A DNA stretch of 48,215 nucleotides from a virus (Duplodnaviria > Caudoviricetes): positions 1 to 48,215 of the IMG/VR virus record IMGVR_UViG_3300039159_000220; one strand, 5' to 3'. The notes beneath the pieces are model-generated. The model searched no databases, had not been told where the DNA came from, and saw only the letters and a program-made list of their open reading frames with translations. Of this stretch, positions 1-10,133 are shown one piece after another; position 1 is the stretch's first letter, and each line of letters begins with the position of its first letter. A program made the position numbers and the translations under genes.

Positions 1-1133
1 CCTGAAGCGGCTGATCCCATCAAGAAAGTAAAGCCGCCCATTTCTAAATTGAAGATGGTAGCCAAATTCTCACCGCTACCAACAAGGCGAACTTTGAGTC
101 CAACCGGGATCGTGACATTGGCGGCGAAACTATTCAGCACCATCCCTGGCTTGAGGTAGATCGTACCGATCTGACCCGTCCCAACACGCAGATTTAATTC
201 GGCAAGCGCCGCTTGTAAGAGCAACGAATCGTTCGCATAGGCATTGCGATTGAAGGTGCCAAACGAAGTTGTCCCGTTGCCGATCGTTACGTGATCTAAA
301 ATCTCACGACCCGCACGATCGATGCCGACAGGTGGATTGCGAAACGCACCGTAGTTGTTCGCCGCATTCGGCGTGAACGTCGTGCTCGACCCCCACTTTG
401 CTAAACTCAAAGTATACAACGCTGCATTCAGCAGGTCGAGCAGCGTGCGCATGCTGCCATTTGCCGTGTTCGTACTCGGCATGTTTGCGGGTACTGATAC
501 CGCACTTAACCGATTGATGATATCGGTTCCGTTAGGCGCGTTCGTCACATGGTACCCTGCCATACTAATTGTACCGGCAGTGTTGACGCAGATACCGATG
601 CAGCAGAGCGCCTTCGTGACACCGCCCACTGTATCGGACGGGACGATATTGGTATTATTACCGGCACGTGTGTAGGCCGCGAACGCGCTCTCATACTCGG
701 TAGCGACACCCCGTGGCGTCTCGATGAACGGCGGCGTTGGCGAGATGAAGAAACGGCGCGCGGTGGCGACTTCGACTTCGGTGCTGTAAATATAAAGCTG
801 TTGCGCACCTGCCGGCACGATGATGTCGTACGTTGAACCTGCGGGCTTGATAACAAGCTGACCATCAGCATCCAAGGCGGCACCGAGTTCGGCATTGATG
901 CGGACCTTGTTGTCGGATGGTCCGGTAGGATTCAACGTCAAGCTGAAGCCGGTCAAGAGCTGACCCGTCGGCTCTGAGGCACCAACCGCCTTTGGTGTCG
1001 CAACCAAGGCACGGATCAGCGCGGCTACATGATTGCGTGTGGTGACGCTTTGCGCCTCCGCATCAACCGTGTCAAGGCGTTCATCGGCTTCGAAACGTGG
1101 GCGTCGAGTATTGGTGATATCGCCGATGGTCAT
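1..1133 (-). CDS. Tail fibre/baseplate-anchored protein, N-terminal part (runs off the left edge; not in ORF track)
   Basis: ATG at 1133 with AGGAGA RBS overlapping the upstream TAG. Hand translation of both ends gives MTIGDITNTRRPRFEADERLDTVDAEAQSVTTRNHVAALIRALV...TIFNLEMGGFTFLMGSAAS in the same frame. Lies directly after the gpI-like gene, the usual fibre position. Confidence 0.7.
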   Translation of the reverse strand, partial: MTIGDITNTRRPRFEADERLDTVDAEAQSVTTRNHVAALIRALVATPKAVGASEPTGQLLTGFSLTLNPTGPSDNKVRINAELGAALDADGQLVIKPAGSTYDIIVPAGAQQLYIYSTEVEVATARRFFISPTPPFIETPRGVATEYESAFAAYTRAGNNTNIVPSDTVGGVTKALCCIGICVNTAGTISMAGYHVTNAPNGTDIINRLSAVSVPANMPSTNTANGSMRTLLDLLNAALYTLSLAKWGSSTTFTPNAANNYGAFRNPPVGIDRAGREILDHVTIGNGTTSFGTFNRNAYANDSLLLQAALAELNLRVGTGQIGTIYLKPGMVLNSFAANVTIPVGLKVRLVGSGENLATIFNLEMGGFTFLMGSAAS

Positions 1134-1141
1134 AAGATCTC

Positions 1142-2191
1142 CTAGATGTGTTCAATGCGCGCGACTACGCCAGCGGCGCGGACGAGTTTGGTTAGGTAGA
1201 ACTCGATGATCTCGTAAGCACCCAAACCTGTCAAATAGACTCGGTCACCATGATCTGGCGTGGTTGGCGTGTCGGCGCCCTCATGCTCTTGCAGGAGGGC
1301 TTCGTTGCTAAGGTTGGCCGGGATCGTCGCCGCCGTCACTACAACCATGGTGCGGCCAGTCAACGGATCGTAGGCACGCGTGCTGACGGTGTAAGGATGC
1401 AGCACCCCACTATACGTGAGGTAGATGATCCGACCAGGTTGCACGTGAGGTACCGCGTCGCCTTGGACACTGAGCGTTGCGGTTGGCGGTCCCGGCAGCG
1501 TTGTGTAGGTACCGACAAACCCACCCGTAGCTAAGAAGTCGCCACGGTACGACATCAAGCCGTCGCCAGGTACTTCGGCATAGAATAAACCCCCACCTAG
1601 TGGCAAGGAAGGTGCCGTCACCGTCACGGTCGTTAGGTTGGTGCCGGCATTGTAGGTGCGCGTCGCGACGGAGTGACTTACCCAAGTCCCGTTCAAGACG
1701 TGCAGCAAGCTGCCTACCTCAATCCCAAGATCGCCAGGTGTCGTGAAGGTATCGCCAGCCACCGTCACGGACGCATACCCGGACCAACCATGCAGGTAGC
1801 TCGCGGTTTCGTTGGTCGCCGCCAACAGCGCCAGCGGCAACTCAATGATGTACTCGTTAGGATTCACTTCGTAGATGCGCCACGGCCGGGTGTTGACAGC
1901 GGTGAAGGCGTCCTGCGAACCAAACACCGCCGTGAGCAAGCGGTAGAGTGTCGCGAGCGTGGTCTTAGGTAGGAACGCCAAGACCTGCAAGAGCCGCGCA
2001 TATAGCGCATCAGAAACCACCTGGGCCGGCCTAGGCACGCCATAGTTATCTCCGATAGTAGTCAGGTCGGCACCTTGCGCGGTGTCTACGAATAGCGCGC
2101 GCTTGACGTTTTGCATCGCAGACCGGACGGGTGCGCCAGGTCGACCCGGCAGCAGCGGCACGTTCGCGTCTTCCCAAACATAAGCCGGCAT
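1142..2191 (-). CDS. Baseplate wedge subunit (P2 gpI/T4 gp7-like) with duplicated C-terminal beta domains
   Basis: Motif LFVDTAQGADLTTIGDNYGVPRP...SDALYARLL resembles gpI-type wedge subunits; position between baseplate J and the fibre gene. Confidence 0.7.
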   Translation of the reverse strand: MPAYVWEDANVPLLPGRPGAPVRSAMQNVKRALFVDTAQGADLTTIGDNYGVPRPAQVVSDALYARLLQVLAFLPKTTLATLYRLLTAVFGSQDAFTAVNTRPWRIYEVNPNEYIIELPLALLAATNETASYLHGWSGYASVTVAGDTFTTPGDLGIEVGSLLHVLNGTWVSHSVATRTYNAGTNLTTVTVTAPSLPLGGGLFYAEVPGDGLMSYRGDFLATGGFVGTYTTLPGPPTATLSVQGDAVPHVQPGRIIYLTYSGVLHPYTVSTRAYDPLTGRTMVVVTAATIPANLSNEALLQEHEGADTPTTPDHGDRVYLTGLGAYEIIEFYLTKLVRAAGVVARIEHI

Positions 2192-2192
2192 C

Positions 2193-2975
2193 TTATGGCA
2201 TCACGATCTGCCATGTGAACTTGGCGGTCGCAACGTTGCCTTGCGAGTCGACGGAGATGATCTTGAGTGTCACGGAAGACCCGTACCAGCCACCTACGCG
2301 CATGATCGTGTAGCGATAGCCGTCCGTGATGCTATCGCGTTGGACGGCGTAAGCCACGGACGTGGTCACGCCGTCGTGAATCAACTCTTCGATCACGCCA
2401 CCGCTCAACGTCGCAGCCAAGACGACCCGTGCAAAGAAGTTAGAATCTTTCACCTCGATAATGATCGGTGTGTTGTGACCGAGGATCTGCATCGTCAATG
2501 GCGAGATGACGGAAATGAGTGGGGCCGAAGTGTCAAGCGCTTCGAAGGCGAAGATCCGGCCATTCACGGTGGCCGGTGCCGGCGTGACGCCTTGCTCTAC
2601 AATCAAGGCAGTCGCACCTTCGGGCCATGACAACATCGAGTTGTCGTGAACGTTGATCCATCGAGCGCCAAACTGATCGAGAATGTAATCACCGAGCGCA
2701 GGCGGTCGACCTTGGCACAAGTCGGGCAAGCGACCGAGATAGACACCGCCGACGACCGAATCTAGAGAGGCTTGCGTCAGCAAGTACTTCCCATCGTAAG
2801 GCGAAGGATCTACGGCGGGTAAGGCAAAGAAACTCTGTGCCGCATTGCCAAGCGCCGCCGGCGACGTCTTCGCCGCATAGGGCGTTGTTAGGTTTCCAAA
2901 GACAACTGGCTTCGTCCATCCGCTAGGCGGATCTTGAACGAGGGCTAGATGTAGAAAGGTCGTGCTGACGCTCAT
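2193..2975 (-). CDS. Putative virion structural protein, C-terminal Ig-like beta domain
   Basis: 260-aa ORF with TAAGGA RBS; C-terminal DTSAPLISVISP...VTLKIISVDSQGN resembles Ig-like modules. Confidence 0.5.
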   Translation of the reverse strand: MSVSTTFLHLALVQDPPSGWTKPVVFGNLTTPYAAKTSPAALGNAAQSFFALPAVDPSPYDGKYLLTQASLDSVVGGVYLGRLPDLCQGRPPALGDYILDQFGARWINVHDNSMLSWPEGATALIVEQGVTPAPATVNGRIFAFEALDTSAPLISVISPLTMQILGHNTPIIIEVKDSNFFARVVLAATLSGGVIEELIHDGVTTSVAYAVQRDSITDGYRYTIMRVGGWYGSSVTLKIISVDSQGNVATAKFTWQIVMP

Positions 2976-2984
2976 GGAAATTCC

Positions 2985-5900
2985 TTATGCTGGGATTTGG
3001 TAGATCACTTGACTCTGATACTCGTTCGTCCGAGCCGTCACACCCGCCACCTTAATCAACGAATGACCGCAAGACATGGCGCGCGCGGTGCCGGTCGGGA
3101 TATTTGTGGTGTGCGTGAAGAGCGTAGTCCAGTTACCCGACGCGGCAGTATTGGAGAGGCGATACTGAAAGACTACGCTGGTATCAGCCGTGACCGTGAT
3201 CTTGAAATCGTACTCTTCGCCGGCTACGGGTGCGAATGTAGACGTGTTGATCGTACGGGTCGAGTTCTGCGACGTCTTGCAAAGCACGTTGGCATTAGCG
3301 AAGGCGTCAAACTCAAACCAGGCGCCGTCCGCACCGTCGCCGGTAATCGAGTCGTTGAAGCCGATCCGCACGTTGTGCTGCTCGGTGCCATCGGAAAGCA
3401 CCGGACACGCCCAGGCAAGCATCTTGTAAACGTAGACGCCGCTGGTCGGCGAAAAGACGATGGCGGTGCCGCCGGACATCGCCATGTTGCGTGTGGTGCG
3501 TCCGGTCGCCGTCGTGCCCGTGGTTGCGACCACCTTACCGCCGCGCGTAATCGTCCCAGCCCCAATAGCTGTTGCGGCGGCCGTACCCGAGTTGGTGTCC
3601 GAGAAGGCTGACGTGCTCTTGTAATTGTCGACCACCACGAACGCGGCCAGCGGATCCACCAAAGGCTCTAGCACCGTAACGCCGACGTTCTCTTGAACCC
3701 AGCCTTTGTTGTCCGGCACATTGGCGGCGTTCGTGGTTGCCTTGCGCCAGAACTCCGTGGTCGTGCCGGCCGTCTGCTTGGTGTAGCGATCGCCGGCGAG
3801 GCCAATCACGCCCGTGCCGTCGTTGAGCACCGTGCCTTCGGGGGAGATCGTAGCTTCCAACATCTTCGCGCAATTGCGGCCAAGATTACCGCCGACCACG
3901 GCGTGGATCCGACCCGCCGCCAAACCCGTCGCGCGGAAAAGCTGCTGCACGTCACCGCCGTCGTTACCGATCATGATCGGATTACGTTCGTGGTTAGAAC
4001 CTAACGCATCGGCCGGCGCGGAGAGGTCAAACAAAGCCAAGCAAGCGCTGCTGGAGGCTGTACTGAGTGCCCGTGCGTAGACGTTGTTGACGATCCGCAC
4101 GTTGCGACTCTGCCGCAAGCCGGTGGTACTGAAACCAAAACCCAACCCGTAAAGCCACTTGTACGTGCCAATAGCCTCAAACAAGTTATTGTAGATGTCG
4201 ACATCGAGGATGTCGTGATTAACTCCGGTGATAATAAACGCCGTGTCGTTGCCGCCATCAACTGCGCCGCGATTCATCGTGAAGCGGCTGTTGCAGATGC
4301 GCAACCCGGCGACGTCCGAGACGATGCCGATGGCGCTGAGGCTGGCGTTGTAGACACTCACGTTATCGAACAAGACGTTTGACGGTCGGCGGTAGGTAAG
4401 CCCGGCACCGTTGGCGTTGCCGGCGATGTCGATGAGATACCCTGCGGGTGCATTTGGGCCGCGTTGAAAGCGACAGCCACGCAACGTCAAGCCGTTGAGT
4501 TGCTGACGTCCCACCAATAAAGATTCGCCGAGCATCGCCGCATCGACCGTCGCGTTCAAACCGCCAACGTAGTTGAAGTCGCACTCCGTAAAACGCACCT
4601 GCTCCAGATTCAAACAAGAGACCGCCCCTTCTAAGAATCGACAGCGGGTGAAGGATACGTTCTGAATCGAGCACGCGGACGTTAAGAGAGGCGCTAACAC
4701 CCAACCCGTACTGTCGACGCCGCCGCTCGTTTTCTTGTACGTGGTCAGCGCGCCGGCAGCGGCGGTCCGCAGATAGAGATCGCCCACGGCGGCAACCTGA
4801 GAACCTACCGGATCGGCCACGCCGGCATAGGTCTGGTAACCACTACCGCCCAGCCCAACTAACGAGGTTGTCGTCCCGCCCACATTGCTAAATACGCAAT
4901 CCGTAAAGGTGATGTTGCATTGCGCGTAATCTGAGAACGTCGTACTGCCCGTGAGTTCGCAATCTAACACGGAGTTCTGCGCGTTGATGCCGGTGCATGC
5001 GTTGACGTAGACATGCGCCACGCCGCGCTGAAGCTCGATACAGGAGCGCGCGCCTAGCCCTAGCCCGATGCGCGGATTCGCGCCGTCGAAGGTGCAGTCA
5101 TTGAGGTAGACGTACTCGACGAGCTTGTCGGGTTCGCCCAGCATGTTGATGCCGGCACCTACGGTCGCGCGAAAGTCGACGCGCTCAAGCAGCACGTTAC
5201 GGGTACTACGCGACGCGCCGACGGCATTCTTGATGCGCAGGCCGTGAATCTGGCGCTCCGAGGCATCGGTCGCAAGCAAGATTGTGGGGTCGGTGCTGAC
5301 GATCGTATACCGCGCTAGCGCCGAGACGTCGTTGATCACCGAGCAGTAGGTGTTAGGTGCCGTGCCGGCGATCGTCGCTAGGTAGTTATTGCCCGCCACA
5401 CCGTTGAGCGCCGTCACGATGTTGGCAATCGTCGTATCGTTAGGTTCCGCCACGCCAATCGTAATCGGTACCACGGTCGGTCCAAACGCGCCCGGACCTG
5501 TGCCTTGGACGGTCAGATTGTAGGTGCCTGGTGTGCCGAGCGGTCGCGTGATCGTGACGTACTGCCACGGGTAAATCTCGTCTTGGGAAACTTCAAGATC
5601 CGCCAAGTAAAGCCCTTGCGCACCGTCAATAAGCTCAATTGTTGAGAAAGTGCCCAGGCCCGTACCGATCGCAACCAGCTTGGTGCGCCAGCGTGTGCCA
5701 AAGATCTGCGTGGTACCAAGCACCGCGCGACGTACCGCCGTGTCCAAGCCGCTGAGACAGAACGCAGAAGCTTGACCCGTAATCTTGTTGAAAGGGATTG
5801 TACGTAAACTACGCAGATCTAAGATCGCATTTTCCGTGTTGGCGTCGAGACCAAAGACCGTGAGACTCGAAGGATAGACAACCACCGTACTGCCCGCTAC

Positions 5901-6545
5901 CGTCGTGAGCGTGCAGACCTTAGCGCCGATCGTTCCGGTCGAAGCTGCAAGGTAGTTGCGACCTACCACTGCATTGAGCGAACCTACCAGATTAGCGATG
6001 GTGATATCGTTGGGTTCGGCGGCTCCGATCGTCACACTACAGGACGTCTGATTGAAGGCCGCAGCGCCATATCCTTGCACGTCAAAGGTATACGTACCTA
6101 CCGTATTCACCAAGCGGGTGATGGCCTGCACGCGACGAGCGTCCCGCCACCTTGCGATGCGTGCCGTGTTGTTCGTCGCCAAGGCGCTGCGCGTCAAAGG
6201 CGCTACGGCTAAGGCGTTCGCTTCTTCATCTTCGATCCCGATTTGCCGACCCGTTAAAGGAGATCCAAGCTCGGAAGATCCGCCACCAATAGATGCAATC
6301 GAAACAAAAGAAGGCGCACCAGCAACGACGCCGACGTTAGCAAGCAGGCTACCTGCGGGGTAATTTAGCAACGCAAGATCTGACAGATCAGTAAGCAACG
6401 CATGCGGCTTACCTCCGGAAGTCGCACCGTCGTATGCAACTACTCGGCCGGTATCAGGGTTGACCGAGATCTCACCAGCGATACCTGTAATCGGCGCACT
6501 AGCGTTGAAGGTTTTGAGAAACGAGACAGGTCGACGAGTTGGCAT
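2985..6545 (-). CDS. Tail fibre/spike paralog A (Mtd-N-like anchor, beta-helix, C-terminal beta-sandwich)
   Basis: 1186 aa; N-terminal TGIAGEISVNPDTGRVVAYDGATSGG anchor motif; repeated beta-helix rungs (NITFTDCVFSN, NVSFTRCRF, LTLRGCRF); SPEG...GDRY...GWV motif. Confidence 0.8.
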   Translation of the reverse strand: MPTRRPVSFLKTFNASAPITGIAGEISVNPDTGRVVAYDGATSGGKPHALLTDLSDLALLNYPAGSLLANVGVVAGAPSFVSIASIGGGSSELGSPLTGRQIGIEDEEANALAVAPLTRSALATNNTARIARWRDARRVQAITRLVNTVGTYTFDVQGYGAAAFNQTSCSVTIGAAEPNDITIANLVGSLNAVVGRNYLAASTGTIGAKVCTLTTVAGSTVVVYPSSLTVFGLDANTENAILDLRSLRTIPFNKITGQASAFCLSGLDTAVRRAVLGTTQIFGTRWRTKLVAIGTGLGTFSTIELIDGAQGLYLADLEVSQDEIYPWQYVTITRPLGTPGTYNLTVQGTGPGAFGPTVVPITIGVAEPNDTTIANIVTALNGVAGNNYLATIAGTAPNTYCSVINDVSALARYTIVSTDPTILLATDASERQIHGLRIKNAVGASRSTRNVLLERVDFRATVGAGINMLGEPDKLVEYVYLNDCTFDGANPRIGLGLGARSCIELQRGVAHVYVNACTGINAQNSVLDCELTGSTTFSDYAQCNITFTDCVFSNVGGTTTSLVGLGGSGYQTYAGVADPVGSQVAAVGDLYLRTAAAGALTTYKKTSGGVDSTGWVLAPLLTSACSIQNVSFTRCRFLEGAVSCLNLEQVRFTECDFNYVGGLNATVDAAMLGESLLVGRQQLNGLTLRGCRFQRGPNAPAGYLIDIAGNANGAGLTYRRPSNVLFDNVSVYNASLSAIGIVSDVAGLRICNSRFTMNRGAVDGGNDTAFIITGVNHDILDVDIYNNLFEAIGTYKWLYGLGFGFSTTGLRQSRNVRIVNNVYARALSTASSSACLALFDLSAPADALGSNHERNPIMIGNDGGDVQQLFRATGLAAGRIHAVVGGNLGRNCAKMLEATISPEGTVLNDGTGVIGLAGDRYTKQTAGTTTEFWRKATTNAANVPDNKGWVQENVGVTVLEPLVDPLAAFVVVDNYKSTSAFSDTNSGTAAATAIGAGTITRGGKVVATTGTTATGRTTRNMAMSGGTAIVFSPTSGVYVYKMLAWACPVLSDGTEQHNVRIGFNDSITGDGADGAWFEFDAFANANVLCKTSQNSTRTINTSTFAPVAGEEYDFKITVTADTSVVFQYRLSNTAASGNWTTLFTHTTNIPTGTARAMSCGHSLIKVAGVTARTNEYQSQVIYQIPA
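4711..4756. repeat. 46-bp perfect direct repeat, copy 1 (copy 2 at 8293..8338)
   Basis: ctgtcgacgccgccgctcgttttcttgtacgtggtcagcgcgccgg occurs at both places, offset 3582. Confidence 0.9.
5401..5571. repeat. Near-identical direct-repeat blocks shared with 8983..9153
   Basis: 5401..5451 matches 8983..9033 (51 nt, 1 mismatch); 5520..5571 matches 9102..9153 (52 nt, 2 mismatches); same 3582 offset. Confidence 0.85.
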
Positions 6546-6554
6546 ATGAAATCC

Positions 6555-9500
6555 TTAAGCGGGTAATTGGTAGATTACTTGAGTTTGCCATTCCGTGGTA
6601 CGGGACGTGACACCTGCCGACTTCGCCAAGGCAATGCCGGCAGAGAAGGTGCGCAACGTACCCGTTGGAATGTTGGTGGTGTGGCGGATCAGGAAGGTCC
6701 AATTGCCCGAAGCCGCTGTGCTGGAGAGGCGATAGTAAAAGTCTGCCGCCGTATTGTTTGTGACGACGATCTTAAAATCGTAGTCCGTATCGACCGCCAG
6801 CACGACGCCGCTAGACGTGAATGTACGGGCGGAAGCCTGGGCCGTGGCGGGGCGGAGGTCGGCGTTGGCATTAGCTTCGAGGTCAAACCAGATGCCGTCC
6901 GTGGACTGCCCCGTGATCGCGTCTTGAAAGCCGAAGCGAACGCCGAAGGTTTCCGTTGCGTTCGAGATGATCGGATAGCTCCAGCCTAACAGCTTGTACA
7001 CCCAGATGCCGCTGGCCGCGCCTAATGCGATAGCCGCGCCACCACTCGCGGACATCGAGCGTGCGGCCCGGCCGGCCGTTGTCGTACCTGTAGAGGCTTG
7101 TGTGCGCGCGCCGCGCGTTGCCGTGCCTGCCACGAGCGTAATAGCTGCGCCGGTACCCGAAGGCTGTGAGAAGAACGCTGGCGAAGATTGATAAGCATCG
7201 ACGACGCTGAACACCGCCGCAGGATCAGCGATCGGCTCAAGGACTGCCGGCGCTAGCGTCTCTGCGACCCATCCTTTGTTATCCGGCACGCCAGCCACGG
7301 CACACGTCGCCTTGCGGAAATAGGCGGTGGTCGCCAGCCGGTTGAGGTAGCGGTAACGGTCGCCAACGTTCCCGATGACACCCGTACCGTCACCGAGCAC
7401 GGTACCTTCCGGCGTAGCCAATGTCGACTCCAGCACCTTGGCACTGTTGCGCGAGGCGCTGCCACTCACGACAGGATGAATGCGCCCTACGGCAGAGCCG
7501 GACGCGCCCCACAAGTTCTTAACATCACCGCCATCATTGCCATACAGGATCGGATTGCGTTCATGGTTGCTGCCATTCCCGTCCGCGATAGCCGACAACC
7601 CCATGAGCAGAAAAGCTGCATCAGCGTAGCTGGTGCTCAACGCATCGGCGTAGTTGTTATTGATGAAGGTGAGGTTGCGCGTGACCCGCACACCCACGGA
7701 ACCCATGCCGATCGAGAACAACCAAAAGAATTTGTAGGTACCGATGGAGGCGAAGTAATTATCCGCGATCAGCACGTCCGTGGTGTCGTGGTTGAGGGCG
7801 TTGAGGGAAAACGCGGTATTCGCCGCGCCGACGTCCATTGCGCCGCGATTCATGACGCAGCGATTGCTACGGAAAACGAGACCTTTACAATCAACGAGCG
7901 TCCCAAAGCCGCTAAACGACGCATTGTAAAAGGTATTGTTTTCAAAACGAATGCCAGCGGGGCGACGGTACGCAAAGCCGGCACCGTTGCCGGAACCTGA
8001 GACGTTGTAAAGATTGCCACTCGGCGCGTTTGGCCCGCGCCAGAAAGTACAATCGCGCACGGTGATGTCGTCGTTTTGCTGCGTGCAACTAAACAACGAC
8101 GCTCCCGCCATGTTGGTATCGACCGCCGGGTTTAGACAGCGCCCCCCAATGTACTCGAAGCGACAGGCATCAAACAACACCCGCTCGGCGTAGAGGACCC
8201 CCACATAGCCTTCGCGGAAAATACACCGCGTAAAGCTGATGTCGCTACCCAGGCATTCGGTGCGCAGCAGCGGCGCTAACACCCAGCCGGTGCTGTCGAC
8301 GCCGCCGCTCGTTTTCTTGTACGTGGTCAGCGCGCCGGAGGCGGCCGTCCGCAAATAGAGATCACCCAAGGCCGCCACCTGCGTACCTACCGGATCCGCC
8401 GTCCCTTCGTAGGTTGCCCCGTTGACGCCGCCAACACTGGCAACGTTGCCGGTTCGTCCGGCAATGTTGTCAAACACGCAATCGTAGAAATGGACGTGGC
8501 GCTGCGCATAGTCGGTAAAGAAGCTCGCACCCGTAACTTCGCAATCCAATGCTGAGTTCTTCGCGCCTTCGAGGTTGCAACGGTAGAAGTAGATGTCGCG
8601 CAAGCCGCGCTGCAATTCGACACAAGACCGGCCGCCAATGCCTAGGCCGATATTAGGGTTGCGCGCGTTGAAGTCACAATCGTAGACGTAAACGCCTTCG
8701 ACATACTTGCCGGCCTCCCCGAACATGTTGATCCCCGCTCCGATGGATTCACGGAAGTCGACACGCTCCACCAACACCTCGCCGGTATTACGTGGGGCAT
8801 TTGCTGCATTCTTGCAGCGCAAGATATGCAACTGATCGTCTGTAGCGCCGCCCGCTTCGAGTACGGTAGGCGTGCCGCTTACGATGGTGTAGCGATCTAA
8901 CGGCGAGATATCATTCGCGACGTAACAGTACGTGTTGGGCGCTATACCGACGATGGTGGCGTTGTAGTTATTGCCAGGAACGCCGTTGAGCGCCGTCACG
9001 ATGTTGGCGATCGTCGTATCGTTAGGTTCCGCCGCACCGATCGTAATCGGCACGACCGTAGGCCCGAAGGCTCCTGGGCCGGTGCCTTGCACCGTCAGGT
9101 CGTAGGTGCCTGGTGTGCCGAGCAGCCGCGTGATCGTGACGTACTGCCACGGGAAGATGTCTTCTTGACCCATCGCGAGGTCGTGCAAGTACAAGCCTTG
9201 CGCACCGTCAATAAACTCGATCGTTGCGAACGCGCCGCCACCAGGTCCCATCGAAACGAGCTTGGTTTGCTCGCGCGTACCGAAGATTTCGGTAGCGCCC
9301 AAGACCGCGCGACACACATTGGTGACCAAGCCGCTGATGCAGATCGCCGAATTTTGCCCGGTAATCTTATAAAACGGCACCGTGCGCAAGCTGCGTAGAT
9401 CAAGCGTAACGTTTTCCGTATTAGGGTCCGTCCCAAAGATGTTCGTCGCCACCGTATAGATGTACGTGCGTGCGCCGGCTTCGGCCGTAATCGTGCAGAT

Positions 9501-10133
9501 CTTAGCACCGATGGTGCCGGTTGCGGCTGCTGTAAAATTCCTACCCACTACGGCGTTGAGCGAAGTTACCAAGTTGTCGATTGTCGTATCGTTAGGTTCG
9601 GCGGCACCAATGGTTACCGTCCGCGTTATCGTCGCAAACGCGTTGATCCCAAAGCCCCGCAAGGTGAATGTGTATGTTCCGACCGTCGCCAAGAGCCGCG
9701 CGTAGGTCTGCACCTTGCGGGAATCACGGAAGTTACGAAAGTGATCGCGATTATTCGAAGACAAGGCAATCCGCGTCAGCGGTACCAGCGCGAGCGCATT
9801 CGTCTCATCGTCTTCAAGCCCGATTTGCCGACCTGTTAGTGGTGCGTCAAAAACATAGCTGATCGGACCGGCACCGCCTACGGTTGAGTTTAGAACAAAG
9901 GCAGGAGGCGCAGCACTCAGCGTAGGGTTTGCTAACAAGCTCAACGCCGGATAGGTCTGCAAGGCAGGATCGGAAAGATCCTCAACCTTCAGACACTCTC
10001 GACCTCCAAGCAAGACCCCATCGTAAGCCGTCATACGACCCGTATCGAGGTTGACGGATAACTCGCCTTGCACACCGAGAATCTGAGGATCACCTGTGTG
10101 CGACTTTAGAATTGAGACGGGAACGCGTGGCAT
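6555..10133 (-). CDS. Tail fibre/spike paralog B
   Basis: 1192 aa, co-linear paralog of 2985..6545 from the N-terminus (GVQGELSVNLDTGRMTAYDG) to the C-terminus (QVIYQLPA vs QVIYQIPA). Confidence 0.8.
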   Translation of the reverse strand: MPRVPVSILKSHTGDPQILGVQGELSVNLDTGRMTAYDGVLLGGRECLKVEDLSDPALQTYPALSLLANPTLSAAPPAFVLNSTVGGAGPISYVFDAPLTGRQIGLEDDETNALALVPLTRIALSSNNRDHFRNFRDSRKVQTYARLLATVGTYTFTLRGFGINAFATITRTVTIGAAEPNDTTIDNLVTSLNAVVGRNFTAAATGTIGAKICTITAEAGARTYIYTVATNIFGTDPNTENVTLDLRSLRTVPFYKITGQNSAICISGLVTNVCRAVLGATEIFGTREQTKLVSMGPGGGAFATIEFIDGAQGLYLHDLAMGQEDIFPWQYVTITRLLGTPGTYDLTVQGTGPGAFGPTVVPITIGAAEPNDTTIANIVTALNGVPGNNYNATIVGIAPNTYCYVANDISPLDRYTIVSGTPTVLEAGGATDDQLHILRCKNAANAPRNTGEVLVERVDFRESIGAGINMFGEAGKYVEGVYVYDCDFNARNPNIGLGIGGRSCVELQRGLRDIYFYRCNLEGAKNSALDCEVTGASFFTDYAQRHVHFYDCVFDNIAGRTGNVASVGGVNGATYEGTADPVGTQVAALGDLYLRTAASGALTTYKKTSGGVDSTGWVLAPLLRTECLGSDISFTRCIFREGYVGVLYAERVLFDACRFEYIGGRCLNPAVDTNMAGASLFSCTQQNDDITVRDCTFWRGPNAPSGNLYNVSGSGNGAGFAYRRPAGIRFENNTFYNASFSGFGTLVDCKGLVFRSNRCVMNRGAMDVGAANTAFSLNALNHDTTDVLIADNYFASIGTYKFFWLFSIGMGSVGVRVTRNLTFINNNYADALSTSYADAAFLLMGLSAIADGNGSNHERNPILYGNDGGDVKNLWGASGSAVGRIHPVVSGSASRNSAKVLESTLATPEGTVLGDGTGVIGNVGDRYRYLNRLATTAYFRKATCAVAGVPDNKGWVAETLAPAVLEPIADPAAVFSVVDAYQSSPAFFSQPSGTGAAITLVAGTATRGARTQASTGTTTAGRAARSMSASGGAAIALGAASGIWVYKLLGWSYPIISNATETFGVRFGFQDAITGQSTDGIWFDLEANANADLRPATAQASARTFTSSGVVLAVDTDYDFKIVVTNNTAADFYYRLSSTAASGNWTFLIRHTTNIPTGTLRTFSAGIALAKSAGVTSRTTEWQTQVIYQLPA

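Noticed and set aside
2985-10133. Diversity-generating retroelement or invertible shufflon acting on the fibres
   Set aside because: No reverse transcriptase or recombinase in the window; the repeats are direct, lie inside coding regions, and there is no separate template repeat.
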